NCBI GenBank assembly: GCA_030390025.1
Contig: CM059432.1
Span: forward strand, 115,074,001-115,138,000
Source of the DNA: Squalus acanthias
Lineage: Eukaryota
Reading direction: 5' to 3'
DNA: 64,000 nucleotides
The notes beneath the pieces were generated by a model. The model worked only from the letters and a program-made list of their open reading frames with translations, ran no database searches and had not been told where the DNA came from. A program made the position numbers and the translations under genes. Shown one piece after another: positions 1-11,690 of this stretch. Position 1 is the stretch's first letter; each line of letters starts with the position of its first letter.

Positions 1-94
1 TGATACAAAATATTCATTCAGTGTATTTGCCATCTCCATATTTCCCACCATTAATTTCCCGGTCCCATCCTCTAACACCTCCTCTTGACTTGAT

Positions 95-368
95 TATCTC
101 TTAATGTCTCTCAATGTCTCTTAATCTCTCCTGCTTTCTATCCCACCACTGACCTTCCCCTTTGTTCTTTCATCCCCTCCCCCTTTTCCCAGCTTTATAC
201 TTGCTTTAAATCTATTTCATTTCCTGCTTTTTTCCAGTTCTGACGAAAGGTCTTCGACCTGAAACGTTAACTCTGTTTCTCTCTCCACGGATGCTGCCTG
301 GCCTGCTGAGTTTTTCCAGTGTTTTCTGTTGTTATTTCGGATTTCCAACATCCGCAGTATTTTGCTAT
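95..368 (+). mobile_element. Penelope-like element 3' terminal (pLTR) fragment
   Basis: Closely matches 50250-50510, which directly follows a Penelope GIY-YIG ORF. Confidence 0.8.
236..272 (+). ncRNA. Minimal type I hammerhead ribozyme motif (Penelope-associated)
   Basis: AGTT-CTGACGA-A-AGGTC(TTC)GACCT-GAAAC-GTT-AACT: core CUGANGA/GAAA, 5-bp stem II, AGTT/AACT stem I, loopless palindromic stem III (ACGT). Confidence 0.7.
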
Positions 369-858
369 CGTACTACACAAGGGAGTCAAGGTGTGGTCCG
401 AGCAGCAGACTGTTAACTTTGATCACAACTTGTGATGAAGAAGAGATACACTATGAATTCCGATTCTCCACAAATTGCTGGACGATTTGCGCAGCTCCGC
501 CGTTAGCCTCGCCATTGAAATCAACTGAGTCATGAAATTGCTGGATTTACGCCATTAATGCACATTTAATCTCGCCGCAGCCATTTAGGGCTGATAATTC
601 ATGTCATAAGGAAACTGTTAATGACATGATTTATGGTTCTGACATGAAACTCAACCTTGAAGGCCCAGAAAGGGAATAATGAAGCTGTCGAGTCTCACTC
701 CAACAGGTAGTGAATTGTTCCTATAGGTTATTTTAAAAAACTTTTTACCTGCCTTTGCAATATTTTTGTGCCAGTCTTGCCATCCACGCTCCTGCTCATG
801 TCCAAAGGCAATAATTTTCAGGATGCAAAGCTGTTTCGACACTCAGAAACGCAAATTA

Positions 859-1222
859 CAGGAAACTCTCTTTTAACCGGCACCCAAATAACCGGAAATC
901 TCTCTTAACCGGCAAAATTCTTGAGTAGGTAACCGGGGTTTTCCTTCATCTCTCCTTTAAAATTAACTTTAAAAAAAACCCCGAGGCGTTTGTCTTGTAT
1001 CGGAGCATGTAGATTGGGAGGGGAATGTGCAGCCCGGGTAGGCAGCGGACATGACAGATGGTCAGCTGGCGCTCCCCGGGGAGACGGAGCTCCGAATGCA
1101 GGCGCATGTCAGTGTGTACGGGGCTCTCGTACGTTGGGAGATATAACTCTCCGTTATCCGGACTTTTTGATTAACCGGCACCACGCCGGTCCCGTCGGTG
1201 CCGGTTAATAAAGAGTTTCCTG
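859..1222. mobile_element. Tc1/mariner (pogo/Tigger-like) MITE
   Basis: 26-bp TIRs caggaaactctcttttaaccggcacc with 2 mismatches; TA on both flanks (857-858, 1223-1224). Confidence 0.85.
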
Positions 1223-1349
1223 TAGATAGATTTCTTTCAGAAAATAATTTTGGGATGTGGTATATGAGTAGTTTGAGACATGATGTGGTAAGTGCAGCAT
1301 GCTTGGGATGAAAAGGTTGACTTAGGGACCTATGGCTTCCAAAGCTCTC

Positions 1350-1528
1350 TACCACTGGGGTTTTCCTCGCATAATTTCTGGGTCTTTTGTAGACTAATTG
1401 ATGGAGATTGATTGTTACGATTAGTCAATAACTCCATTATTGTTGTATTATGTGACTACCAGGATGGTAGATGGCGAACGAGATGGACCTTGGTCTTTTT
1501 TCAATTAGCAATTCCTATGTTCCTATGA
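1350..1528 (+). mobile_element. CR1-type LINE/SINE 3' tail fragment
   Basis: Ends in a tandem octamer (TTCCTATG)x2, like the other CR1 tails in the window. Confidence 0.45.
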
Positions 1529-2199
1529 AAGCAGTTCCATTGTACCTGATGATGATGGGTGGGGCCACTAGTTCTATACTTCATGGGTCAAGAATGTATG
1601 TACATTTCGCACACCTACCCTGCAATTCACTCATTAACTTCTCAAGCACCAAAACATCAATTCCCAAACACAACTGGGTTACAATGTCCTCTTCTTCTGA
1701 TTCTTCTTTTTAATTTTTTTCGTACTTTTCCCCTCGTCTCTTTTTATTAATCCACTCTCTTTCCTTCACTCTCTTTAGTTCTCTTCTGTATCTAATTTGA
1801 CTCAAAAATCACCCTATTTCCTTCTCTGTCATTCGTTCTGTTTCTTTCTCTATCCTTTTCTTTCATTGGTTAAGGAGATCACTGTGATTATTTGCAACGG
1901 GTCTTCTGCGTCCTTCTGTGCATGCAGGCTGTATGGGGGGCATGTGGAGAAGGTCAGGGTTTCAGAGGGGGGAGATGTGGAGAGGAGCTCGGAGGGGCAA
2001 GAAGGTCAGGAACTCGGAAGGAGAGAAGTTCAGGAACTCGGGGGTGGGGGGGGGGGGGGCGGTGTTAGAGCACAGGTGGAACACTGGGGATGGGGGAAGA
2101 ACGTGATCCAGGTCTAAAAGCGGGGGGGGAGGGGGGGGAGGGAGGGAGGGATGGATGAGAGTGAGAATGTGATCCAGATGGGAAGCTGGATTACGTTCA

Positions 2200-2325
2200 T
2201 CCCTCTGTTAGATGTGGATCACATTCTTCCAACTGGATGAATTAGTGAATGCCTTCTTACACACGGAGCAGGTGAATGACCTCTCCCCAGTGTGAACTCG
2301 CTGGTGTGTCAGAAGGTTGGCTACA
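2200..2325 (-). pseudogene. Isolated C2H2 (Kruppel-type) zinc-finger fragment
   Basis: Translates to [30 protein letters not shown]: HxxxH, a TGERPF-like linker and CxxC. Confidence 0.7.
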
Positions 2326-2576
2326 CACATGCACCCCACACACACGCACCCTTCATTTAGAATTAAATAATTTTTATCACTTCCAGAAGGAAAATAAAAC
2401 ATAAAACGCCAAAGAAGTAACTAACCCACTAATTAGAGTATAAAGGCCTAGAAATTGATATGGCCACGAAATAGGCAGTACTGAGGCCCAACGATGTTGA
2501 GCTGCGCCAGGTCAGAAATGGTCTAGGTTGCACAAAAAATTCATGCTCAGTCCACATTAACATGATTGTACTCTTA

Positions 2577-2950
2577 ATGGGTCATGAGGGGTCTAGACAG
2601 AGTAGATAGAGAGAAATTGTTCCCATTGGCGAAAGGGTTGAGAACCAGAGGACACAGATTTAAGGTGATTGGCAGAAGAACCAAAGGCAACATGAGGAAA
2701 AACTATTTTATGCAAGCGAGTGGTTAGGATATGGAATTCACTTTCTGAAAAGGGTGGTGGAGGCAGACTCAATCATGGCTTTCAAAAGGGAATTGGATAA
2801 GTACCTGAAGGAAAAAAATTTGAAGGGCTACGGGGAAAGATACAGGGAAAGGGCGGGGGAGTGGGATTAGCTGAAGTGCTCTTGCAGAGAGCCGGCATGG
2901 GCTCAGCGGGCCGAATGGCCACCTTCTGTGCTGTAACCATTCTATGATTC
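2577..2950 (+). mobile_element. CR1 LINE 3' fragment nested in Harbinger 1
   Basis: Near-identical to 20245-20600; ends in (ATTCTATG)n. Confidence 0.9.
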
Positions 2951-3136
2951 TAATCTCAGCGCTAAAACCACTGCTCATTGGCTTTACCGCTCAACAAGTG
3001 GGCCAATATCGGGTCCAGTCTAAATCCCAGTCATGTGTGGCACAGGCTTTATTGACTACTTAAAGGGGAGGTGCTACAGCAACTCATTGTTAAGCCATTT
3101 ACGACTTCACCTGAAAGCAGACGGCAGTGGAAGTAC

Positions 3137-5034
3137 ATGGCGGAGCCTCAGCACAGGGAGAGTGCCCGCAGATTCTCCGACGTGGTTCTGGTCATGGCTA
3201 TAAAGAGGAGGCCAGCTGTCCTTTTCCCACAGACTGGCAGGAAGCCCTCGCTACACAATTCGAAGGCTCTGGCAGGAGATAGCCGCCCATGTGATGGCCA
3301 GCACTGTGGTCCCAAGGTCGGCCATCCAGTGCCGAAAGAAGTTTAATGACCTCACACGGCAGGTCAAGGTGAGTGAAGGCTTCAGCAAATGCCATATCCC
3401 ACCATCTGCACCACAAGCCTCACACACTACTCACTGCAGCACACCCCCAGCACTCACCTACCAACAATCTCTACCTATCACCACTCATACCTCACAATCA
3501 TAGCTTCACTTCACCCTCACAACCTTACCACTGCAGCAACATTCACACCCACATCTCACACCTTGCACATAATGACATCTATTCAACCATGGCAGGCACA
3601 TCAACTAAACACATTGCACCACACTCACTCACACACTTCTCTTTCTCTTGCATGTCAAGGTTGCGCATAACAGGAGGAAGCAGCGGCAGACAGGTGGGGG
3701 GCAAGGCTGCCATCCAGGACCTCAGCCTGCTGGAGGAGAGAGTGCTGGACATCATTGGGCGGCAGATCATAGAGGCCGTGGCAACCGGCGAGGTTGAACC
3801 CTTTGGGGACAACAATGGTATGCTCATTCCTAATCCTACTTCTCACATCCCACAATCTCTTCTCACTTTTAAGCTGCTGATGCTGTATGCATGCATATCT
3901 TGCTTCGCCCCGCACCCCCCAACCCTGCCCCGCTCCCCTCACCAAAACCCAACTCTTGTGCCTTTCTGCTTTCAGATAATCAAGACCAAGCACCCGAACA
4001 GCCTGTCCCCGAGGTGATGCGCGAGAGCTAGGGGGGAGAAGAAGACGACACTGCGTCACTGCATTTGTCACTCGCAGGCACCAGCTCAGAAACTGGCACT
4101 GCACGTACTTTAGAGGGTAGTGTAGAAGCAGGATCTGCACAGGGCGAGGCACTGGGCATGAATGGGCTGCAGCAAGGCCAGGGGGAAAGGGTAGCTCAGG
4201 GGCCAGCTCCCCAGAGGGCGAGTTCTGCTACAACGGACTCAAATGAGGACCTTGATGGGGCGGCCTTCAGAAGAAGGGCGATGGGCATGCACACCGAAAT
4301 GCTAGGTGCAATGGTAAGCCTGCCAGAGAGCCTCTTGGCAATGTCAAGGAGTGTGGAGGAGTCCGCCTCCAACATTGCACGGGGCTCTGCGCAGAGCCAG
4401 GCTGGAAATGATGAAGACTCCCGAAGAGACCGTGTCGACCTAGACATGATGCTGGGTGTAATGGGCGATATCGCAGCTGCCAGTGCAGCACAGGCGGAAG
4501 TGACCCAACGTCTTACTGCTGCAGTGGAAGCGCAGACCGCTCTCATGCAGTCTCAGCTTGCTACCACACAAGCTCAGACTGCTGCCATCGTGGCTGGGTT
4601 TACCACTGTCAACCGGGGCTTGCAGGGTGGCACAGCAACCCAGCAATCTGTGCTCCAACATATTGCTAGGAATGCTGAGGTGCCACCCCGGGGGAGTGGC
4701 CATGGATCAGTGGAGCAGGAACCTGCTGTCCTCACTCAGGATGGCAGTATTCCTGCTCCCACCACTGCCACACCGCCATTGCCCTTGCCGCTGCCTGTCA
4801 GCCAGCCAGTAGACTGCTGCCACCCATGCCGAGGTGCTGCAGTCTACAGCCGGGCCTTCCAGGCCCAGAGCTGCTCGAGGTCGTCCTGCAAGACCATCTG
4901 AAGTCTCCCCCATGGAAACTCAGCGGCCTTCCACCAGCCATGCTGCAGCCACTGGGGGAACACTTCGTAGGAGCACTAGATCAGGAAAGGGCACCCGAAT
5001 AACAGGCACTAAGGGATTGCACAAGGGTGATTAG
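3137..5034 (+). pseudogene. Harbinger Myb/SANT-like DNA-binding protein gene, 3 exons, frameshifted
   Basis: MAEPQHRESARRFSD...RSAIQCRKKFNDLTRQVK|GTGAGT (exon 1, 3137-3368); exon 2 TGG...LSLLEERVLDIIG; long low-complexity exon 3. Confidence 0.8.
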
Positions 5035-5207
5035 TTCATATCGTAAGTATAAATATGTGTCAATTGATTTTTGATAAATTTTTAAATTTTGTTTGGAATC
5101 TTTTGTGGTGGCTCTCATTTCAGCTTTGTGCCCAGGAGGACGCTGTCATATTCCGGGAGACAGGGACGGTATGATGAGGATGTGGTGAGCAACAAGGATC
5201 TGGGGTT

Positions 5208-6325
5208 TCATTCATTGGAATTGGAGTCTGATGAGGCATTCATGGACAACCCATCCAGAAGAGGGATTGGCTGCCTGCCTCCTCCCTCCTGGTCCTCTTC
5301 CTCCTCTCCCTCGTCCTCCTCCTGAGGTAGTCCCACAATGCCTAGTGGCAAGGGCTGCGCCCTCATGATGACCAAGATGTGAAGCATGAAATGGGACACC
5401 CGCTGCGGCGTGTATTGGAGGGTTCCTCCCGAGCGGTCAAGGCAGCAGAACCGTTGCGTCAGTAGCCCGATGGTCTGCTCGATGATGTTCCTGGTGGCAG
5501 CATGGCACTCATTATATGAGTGCTGGGCACGAGTGGTGGGGTTGCGGAGGGGAGTCATCAGCCAAGTGTACAACGGATAGCCCTTGTCTCAGAGCAGCCA
5601 CCCTCGCATTCACTGTGGTGGCTGTAAGATTGCTGTCACAGCAGACTGGCGCAGGATGAAGGCATCATGGCTGCCAGGATAGGGGGCAGTGACCATCGGA
5701 ATCGCTGGGCGTGGTCGCACACCAACTACACATTAAGTGCGTGGTAGCCTTTGTGGTTACAGAAGATCACAGGATTGTTATACAGCGCCCGCAAAGCCAC
5801 GTGGGTGCAGTCGATGGCACCTTGCACCACAGGGATGCCCGCTAACCTGGCAAAGCCACATGTGCACTCGTCCAGCTTCTCTCTGCTCAGAGAGAAGATG
5901 ACGTAGTCCCTTCTCCTGGTGTCGAGAGCCTCAGTGACCTTCCGGATGTAGCGATGTGAGATGTTAGCTATGTCTCCTGCTGCAGACTGGAAGGATCCGC
6001 AGGCGAAGAAATTGAGGGCCACAGTGATCTTGACTGCCACTGGGAGAGCTGTGGTCGCCCTGCTCTCAGGCTGCAGGTCTGGTTGCAGGAGGTGGCAGAG
6101 TTCTGTGACCACCTCCTTGCTGAAGCGGAGCCTCCTAATACACTGCTCCTCGCTTAAGTGGATATAAGAGAAGTGCTCTCGGAAGACCCTAGGTGGGTAA
6201 GGTCTCCTGTTGAGAGCCCTCCTGGCCCTCCTCCCTCTGCGCGCATCTTCTCGTCTTCTTCATTGCCTCTGCTCCCTCTCCCGAAGATACTCAAGCACGA
6301 GGTGAACTGCCAGTAGAGCCCCCAT
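5208..6325 (-). pseudogene. Harbinger DDE transposase (HARBI1-like), disrupted
   Basis: [48 protein letters not shown] spread over several frames. Confidence 0.9.
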
Positions 6326-7083
6326 GACTGTGAGCAAGTGTTGTGAGCAGAAGCCTTTAAATAAGAATGAAGGCGTTCCCCACTTGCAACAACACTCCCT
6401 GTTACCTCAGAACCTTGAAAGAAGTTTAAAAAGCTGTTGGAGTTGCATGACGTTGCACAGAGCCAGTCAAACTGCAGAAACATGTCAGGTGCAAGTTGTT
6501 GCTCATGATCCCTTTAAATACCACTGCTGGAGCCTCCTTCCTGCTTCTCAACGCTTGCTCAGCTCGTTGCACTTAAGACATGCCGGTAAGTGGAGTGGCG
6601 AAGTCCAAACTCTCAGATCAGGCATCAAATGAGGGTTGCACACTCATTGACGTCACAATCTGCATAATCTACATATCCCTAGTGGGCGCAGACATCGGCA
6701 GCCATCGCGGGACCCGCAGGTAGCGGGTGGAAGAGCAGCGATCGCCATTTTTTGCCCAAATCTGGTGGTAACAGGTGGCACTAAGCCCCTGAATTTCTAG
6801 GCCAAAGTCTTTTATTTTACCAACCAAGGACAACTATAATTACAATTGCAGAATACTAGATAACAGAGGATCTTCACAAAGCTAACTACACTTCCACTTT
6901 CTGTAGACTGCCTGACAAGACTGGATCAAATTACACATTGCAGACTGCTCTACAGCAGGCAGGATCAAATTACACATTCCAGACAAACTGTTGAGTGAGT
7001 CTTGTCCTCCAAGGGGACCAATCAGAAATCTGGTACAACCCACTGGTGTTGCAAATAAACGCTGCCTAAGGAGATAGACCATT

Positions 7084-7244
7084 GAGCACGACGTTCAAGA
7101 GGTCCCAGATGCGACAATGGCATCGCTGCGCCATTATCAATTCACATTTCCAGAAATCTGCGGCACAAATATTGTGTAGTCTGAAGCGTGAGGAAAAAAG
7201 TCCAATTAACGAGCGACATGCGCCATTCCAGCAATTTCTGGGCC
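7084..7244. mobile_element. Possible short Harbinger-type MITE
   Basis: Right end aatttctgggcc followed by ATT; ATT at 7081-7083; left TIR degenerate. Confidence 0.35.
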
Positions 7245-7869
7245 ATTGTTTTGACTGGGTGTCATGTCCACTACTGTGGTTTCTGATCAGTCAAGGCTAC
7301 TTTGTGAGACTTCCATCTATGGAAGTAGCAACTGTTGCCACTGTAGATCTTATACACTCCTCCTGATGTCTGGAGGCTGCATTAATCTCCTGAACAGCTA
7401 CAGTCACCAGGGTTTCCTACACAGACTAATTTGTAATGTGTTTCCGCGCAGGTGTCTGCAGACATTCTCTTGTAAACATGGCAGTGGGACAGTGTGGCTG
7501 TGAGTCATGCTTCCAGCAGCATCCCAGCATGTGCATGCATGCTCGTGCCATCACTCACTTTGGCCAGTCTGCTGACGGCTTTAAAAATTGTCCAGCACTA
7601 ATTGGCTAATAGTGGAGTGGTGGAGTTGTCACTGTCCCACCCTGGGTACCACCTCCATTCAAACTGCCTATTCATCCTTTACTTCAACTATAACTCCCTG
7701 GATCCCCAGGAGCCTTTGACTTCTGTCCTTAATCTCTACCATAAATATCTCATCCTAATGTTCACATGCGGCTACAACATTCTCTCTCTCATTCTCCCTT
7801 CTTGCTAACCTCTTCTTCTTGTGGACATTTTAGCCTTTCAACAGCTGCAGCCTGTCCCAATTTCCCTCT

Positions 7870-8310
7870 CTCCCAATGGCGGGGACACAGTCAGGCAAGA
7901 GTCTTAAACCAGAGATGCTGAGCGCACAATCCTACTCGGCCTCCTCCTGAGGTCCCCACCATCACAGGTCTTAGTGTACAGCCGATTCGGTTCATTCCAC
8001 ATGACATTAGCAAGGAGCTCAGTGCACTGAGAATAGCAAAGGCCATGAGAACTTCCCAGATGAGTTGCAGAAGACGCGTGCAGCAGAGCTTGCCACTCCC
8101 CTAGGCAAGCTGCTCCAGTGCAGCTATAACAATGGCATCTACACGGTAAGGTGGATGATCACCCTGCAAAACAGGATAACTCTAACCCAGCCACATACTG
8201 CCCTGTCAGCCTCCTCCCAATCATTAGTAGTGATGGTAGGAATCAGCAATAATGGCATTAAGCAACATCTACACACCGCTAACCTGCCCACAGATGCCAG
8301 GTCAACCCAG
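7870..8310 (+). mobile_element. Old LINE RT fragment, related to the 57385-60435 family
   Basis: Degraded match (KTRAAELATPLGKLLQCSYNNGIY). Confidence 0.6.
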
Positions 8311-9468
8311 CAATACCCAACAATTGACTCGTGGGTTTCTTCAGATATATGACCACATGCAAAGGCACTGCAGGCTCTGCAGCGGTTTCCCCTCAAAGTG
8401 CTTTTGCCTCCCCTCGCCCTTGCATGTGTTCTTAGCACAGACTCTAAACCCTCCCAGTAAGTAGGATCACTCCCCACAGCCAGCTCAAGCCCTGCTAATT
8501 CTGCTTGTTGGTAATAGGCGACTGCCAGTGTGTTTTGCAATCTGACCTCAGAGCAGATAGAGGGCAGGCGTATGGAAGGAGAGGTGGGTAAAGTAAAAGA
8601 TAAAAGAAAAGAGGAATGTCATCCACATAAAGGACAGATGTGTTTTTCACCTAGGCAGTCCCAGAACCTCTCAGCGATGCCTAAGAGACCCCATATTTTC
8701 ATGGCAGCACGTTAAAAGGAGGTTTATGTTATGGTGCACCGTGGGACTTCAACTGAACATTCACGCCACCAATCTGCAGAATCGATGGTCAGTGCACCAA
8801 TGACAAACTGAAAGCCGACAGGCTGAAATTGAAAGATTGTATTGAAGCAGGATTCACAAAACACACAACTGGCACAGCATGAATTATATGGATTTTACTG
8901 ATGTAGGATCCCCAACACAAGGGCCGGAATTTTCTGGCATCTGTGCGGGCGTGATTGGAGGCGAGTCGAGAGGGAAATTTGAAATAACATGAAGTGGGTC
9001 AGTAACCCGCCATCATCCCGCCCCTACGCGCCTTTCCCTCGGGCGCGTTTGCCAGCACGGCAGCGACCCGAACAGCAGAGGCGGACGAGGTAATTTAGCT
9101 GATTATTAGGTACTTGTCAGACCCTTAAACTTCTTTATAACCCTAGCTTTCAAATTTCCCTGGATGACCAAGGGAATCACGCAGCTTGGGAACCACGTCT
9201 GTGAACCTAAGGCGGAAGTTGAGTGGCCATTAATCCAGCTCATTAGTGCACAGCATGAAAAGTACAATAAAATCTCCCATCTGACAGCTGGTCACTTTCC
9301 TAAGGCAGATGCTGTTGCTGAGTTCATGGTCAGCACAGATTTAGCTTTCTAGAGGTTGCAAGTGTTTCCAGCAGACGGGATCCACTGTCACCTCATTGGT
9401 AGAACCTATCACACCATTGACAGCTTGCTTCTGTCCTCTCAACTTGACCTGCCTTCCATTACATAAGC

Positions 9469-11392
9469 ATGGGTGCCGTTTATACTGTGTCACCTTGGTC
9501 TTCAGATTCAGACCACGATGAGCCCCAACACCAGCAGCACCAGGCACACCAGCAACAACACCACCAACCTTCTCCTCAAACAACTGATGCTGCACAGGAC
9601 AGAGGGCATCAGAGCAGGGCTGTACCAGGCCGGAGGCGATACCCACAACACAGGGTACACAGGCAGAGGATGAGCTTCCTCAACATGACTGAGCAGCAGT
9701 GCCAAAGGAGGCTCAGGCTATCGCGCCAGGTCGTCGCAGATATTTGCAGATTGCTGGAGAAAGACCTGCAGCCCAGAGGAGCAGGTGGACACGCCTTACC
9801 AGTCAAAGTCACAAGTGCCCTCAACTTCTTCACCTCAGGCTCCTTCCAGGGATCTGCAGCAAACATTTGCAGCATCTCACAGTTGACCGCCCACAGATGC
9901 ATCACACAGGTCACCGATGCCCTCTTTGACAAGTCAGCCAATTATATCGGCCCAGAAATTCGCCTCTCCGGCTTGCCGCGGGGGTAAGGATCGCGCGCGC
10001 ACTTACCTACCGCGCCTGCCGTTGTGTTTTGGGCCCACGGGAACTTCAGCTCCTGGTCCTGCTCCAAGAGCCGGCGCGCAGTGCTGTGCGTGTCCCAGGG
10101 GCGTAGTTAGTGGTCCATGGAGAGCCAATGGCAGCAGACCATCTTTCATTCATAGATTTGACAGGAGACCCGTCAAATCTGTGAATTGAAATCGGCCCCA
10201 AAAGAACAGCTAAACTTAAAATAAATTTTTTTTAAAAACCATCACATTTATAAAATAACTATAGTTAAATAAATTAACCACTTTAAACAAAAATTTAAAT
10301 TTTTGAAAAAATTAAAATACTTTTTAAAAGTGATAAAAATAAACTTACCTTTCTTTAAAGTATCTAAAAAAGATAAACCTGTTGAAATTTTTTTTAATTA
10401 TACTTAATTAACCACTTACCTTGTTGAAAACGGGTCCTGCGCCTCCTTTTTAATAGCGTAGTTTCTTCAATACTTACCCTCGCGTAGAAACCTGAAAAAA
10501 AATCTAAGTTTGCTGCGTGCGCGCAGCCTCTACCGCACACGTGGTTCACCTAGGAACCGCCCCCTTCACCATACCGGAAGTTCCGGTTTCCCGTGCATGC
10601 GCAGTGCATGCAGGAAACCGGCACTTCGGGACGCATTACGGGTGAGTACGGACTGTGTACTCACCCGGGAAGGGCCAAATTTTTGGCCCATCAACTTTGC
10701 CACTGATGAAGCCAGTGTTACTGAGCGGGCGCTCGGCTTTGCCGCTCTGGCTGGCTTCCCATGGGTGCCGGACGTCACCGACTGTGGCCATCAGGGCACC
10801 CCATCATTACCCAGGAGTGTTTGTAAACTGCAAGGCTTCCACTCCCTCAATGTGCAACTCGTCTTCAACCATAGGAAGATCATCAAATTCCCTGGCAGTT
10901 GTCATGACTCTTTTGTCCTGCGCCAGACCACCCTCCCTCAGCCCTTCACTCCTCCAAACAGACTTTCCAGCTGGCTGCTTGGAGACAAGGGCTATCCACT
11001 GAAGACGTGGCTCATGACACCCTTGAGGCGGCCAAGTACTGAGGCCCAGGAGAGATATAATGAAAGCCACATTTCCACCAGATGTGTCATAGAGCAGACA
11101 ATAGGCATGCTCAAAATGCACTTTAGATGCCTTGACATATCTGGAAAAGCCCTTCAATATGCACCAGCTAGGGTCTCCAGAATCATCGTGGTCTGCTGAG
11201 CCCTGCACAACATAGCACAGCAGCGAGGAGCAAGGCACTGAGCGCACTGCCTCTTCAGAGGAGGAGGAGGAGCATCAGCTGGAAGTTGACGAGGAGGAGC
11301 AGGAGGAACCTGCGATCCACATCCCACCAGCACCCGAGCACATTGCTCCCTGGGAGGCCAGGGATAGGCTCATCATGGCCAGATTTATTTAA
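9469..11392 (+). pseudogene. Harbinger DDE transposase interrupted by a MITE
   Basis: [12 protein letters not shown]...SANYI|NFATDE...[32 protein letters not shown]; frameshifts and a premature stop. Confidence 0.92.
9949..10689. mobile_element. Non-autonomous Harbinger element (741 bp) nested in the transposase
   Basis: TIR ggcccagaaatt/aatttttggccc; TSD ATC (9946-9948, 10690-10692). Confidence 0.9.
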
Positions 11393-11690
11393 CTTTACGC
11401 AGTACACCCATATGGCTGCCACATGCTGCATCAGGTTGGCACCACCCCATAGCAACACCATAAAGCATCCCTACAATGACCAGGCCATTCCTTTCACACT
11501 GACCACCATTGCTGGAGGTAACGTTATGTCTCACCATTCACTGTAACTCACTAAGCCACTTCCAAAGTTGCACACAAATTTGGCCAAGACCGGAAAGTGG
11601 TGAAAATAAATATTTTTATCTGTGACATCACAGTAACGGAAACTATACACAAACATTTATTAAAACACCCAAGTGCTTACCCTTGTGCAT

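Larger units (their letters stand above)
2445..6803. mobile_element. PIF/Harbinger DNA transposon copy 1 (full-length, decayed)
   Basis: Perfect 12-bp TIR ggcctagaaatt/aatttctaggcc; 3-bp TSD AAA; contains Myb-like and transposase genes. Confidence 0.92.

Noticed and set aside
1930..2160. Functional G-quadruplex or Gly-rich ORF
   Set aside because: Low-complexity poly-G sequence with no supporting evidence.
6923..6984. CRISPR-like direct repeat ggatcaaattacacatt(g/c)cagac
   Set aside because: Only two copies at a 39-bp period, eukaryotic context, no cas genes; a simple local duplication.
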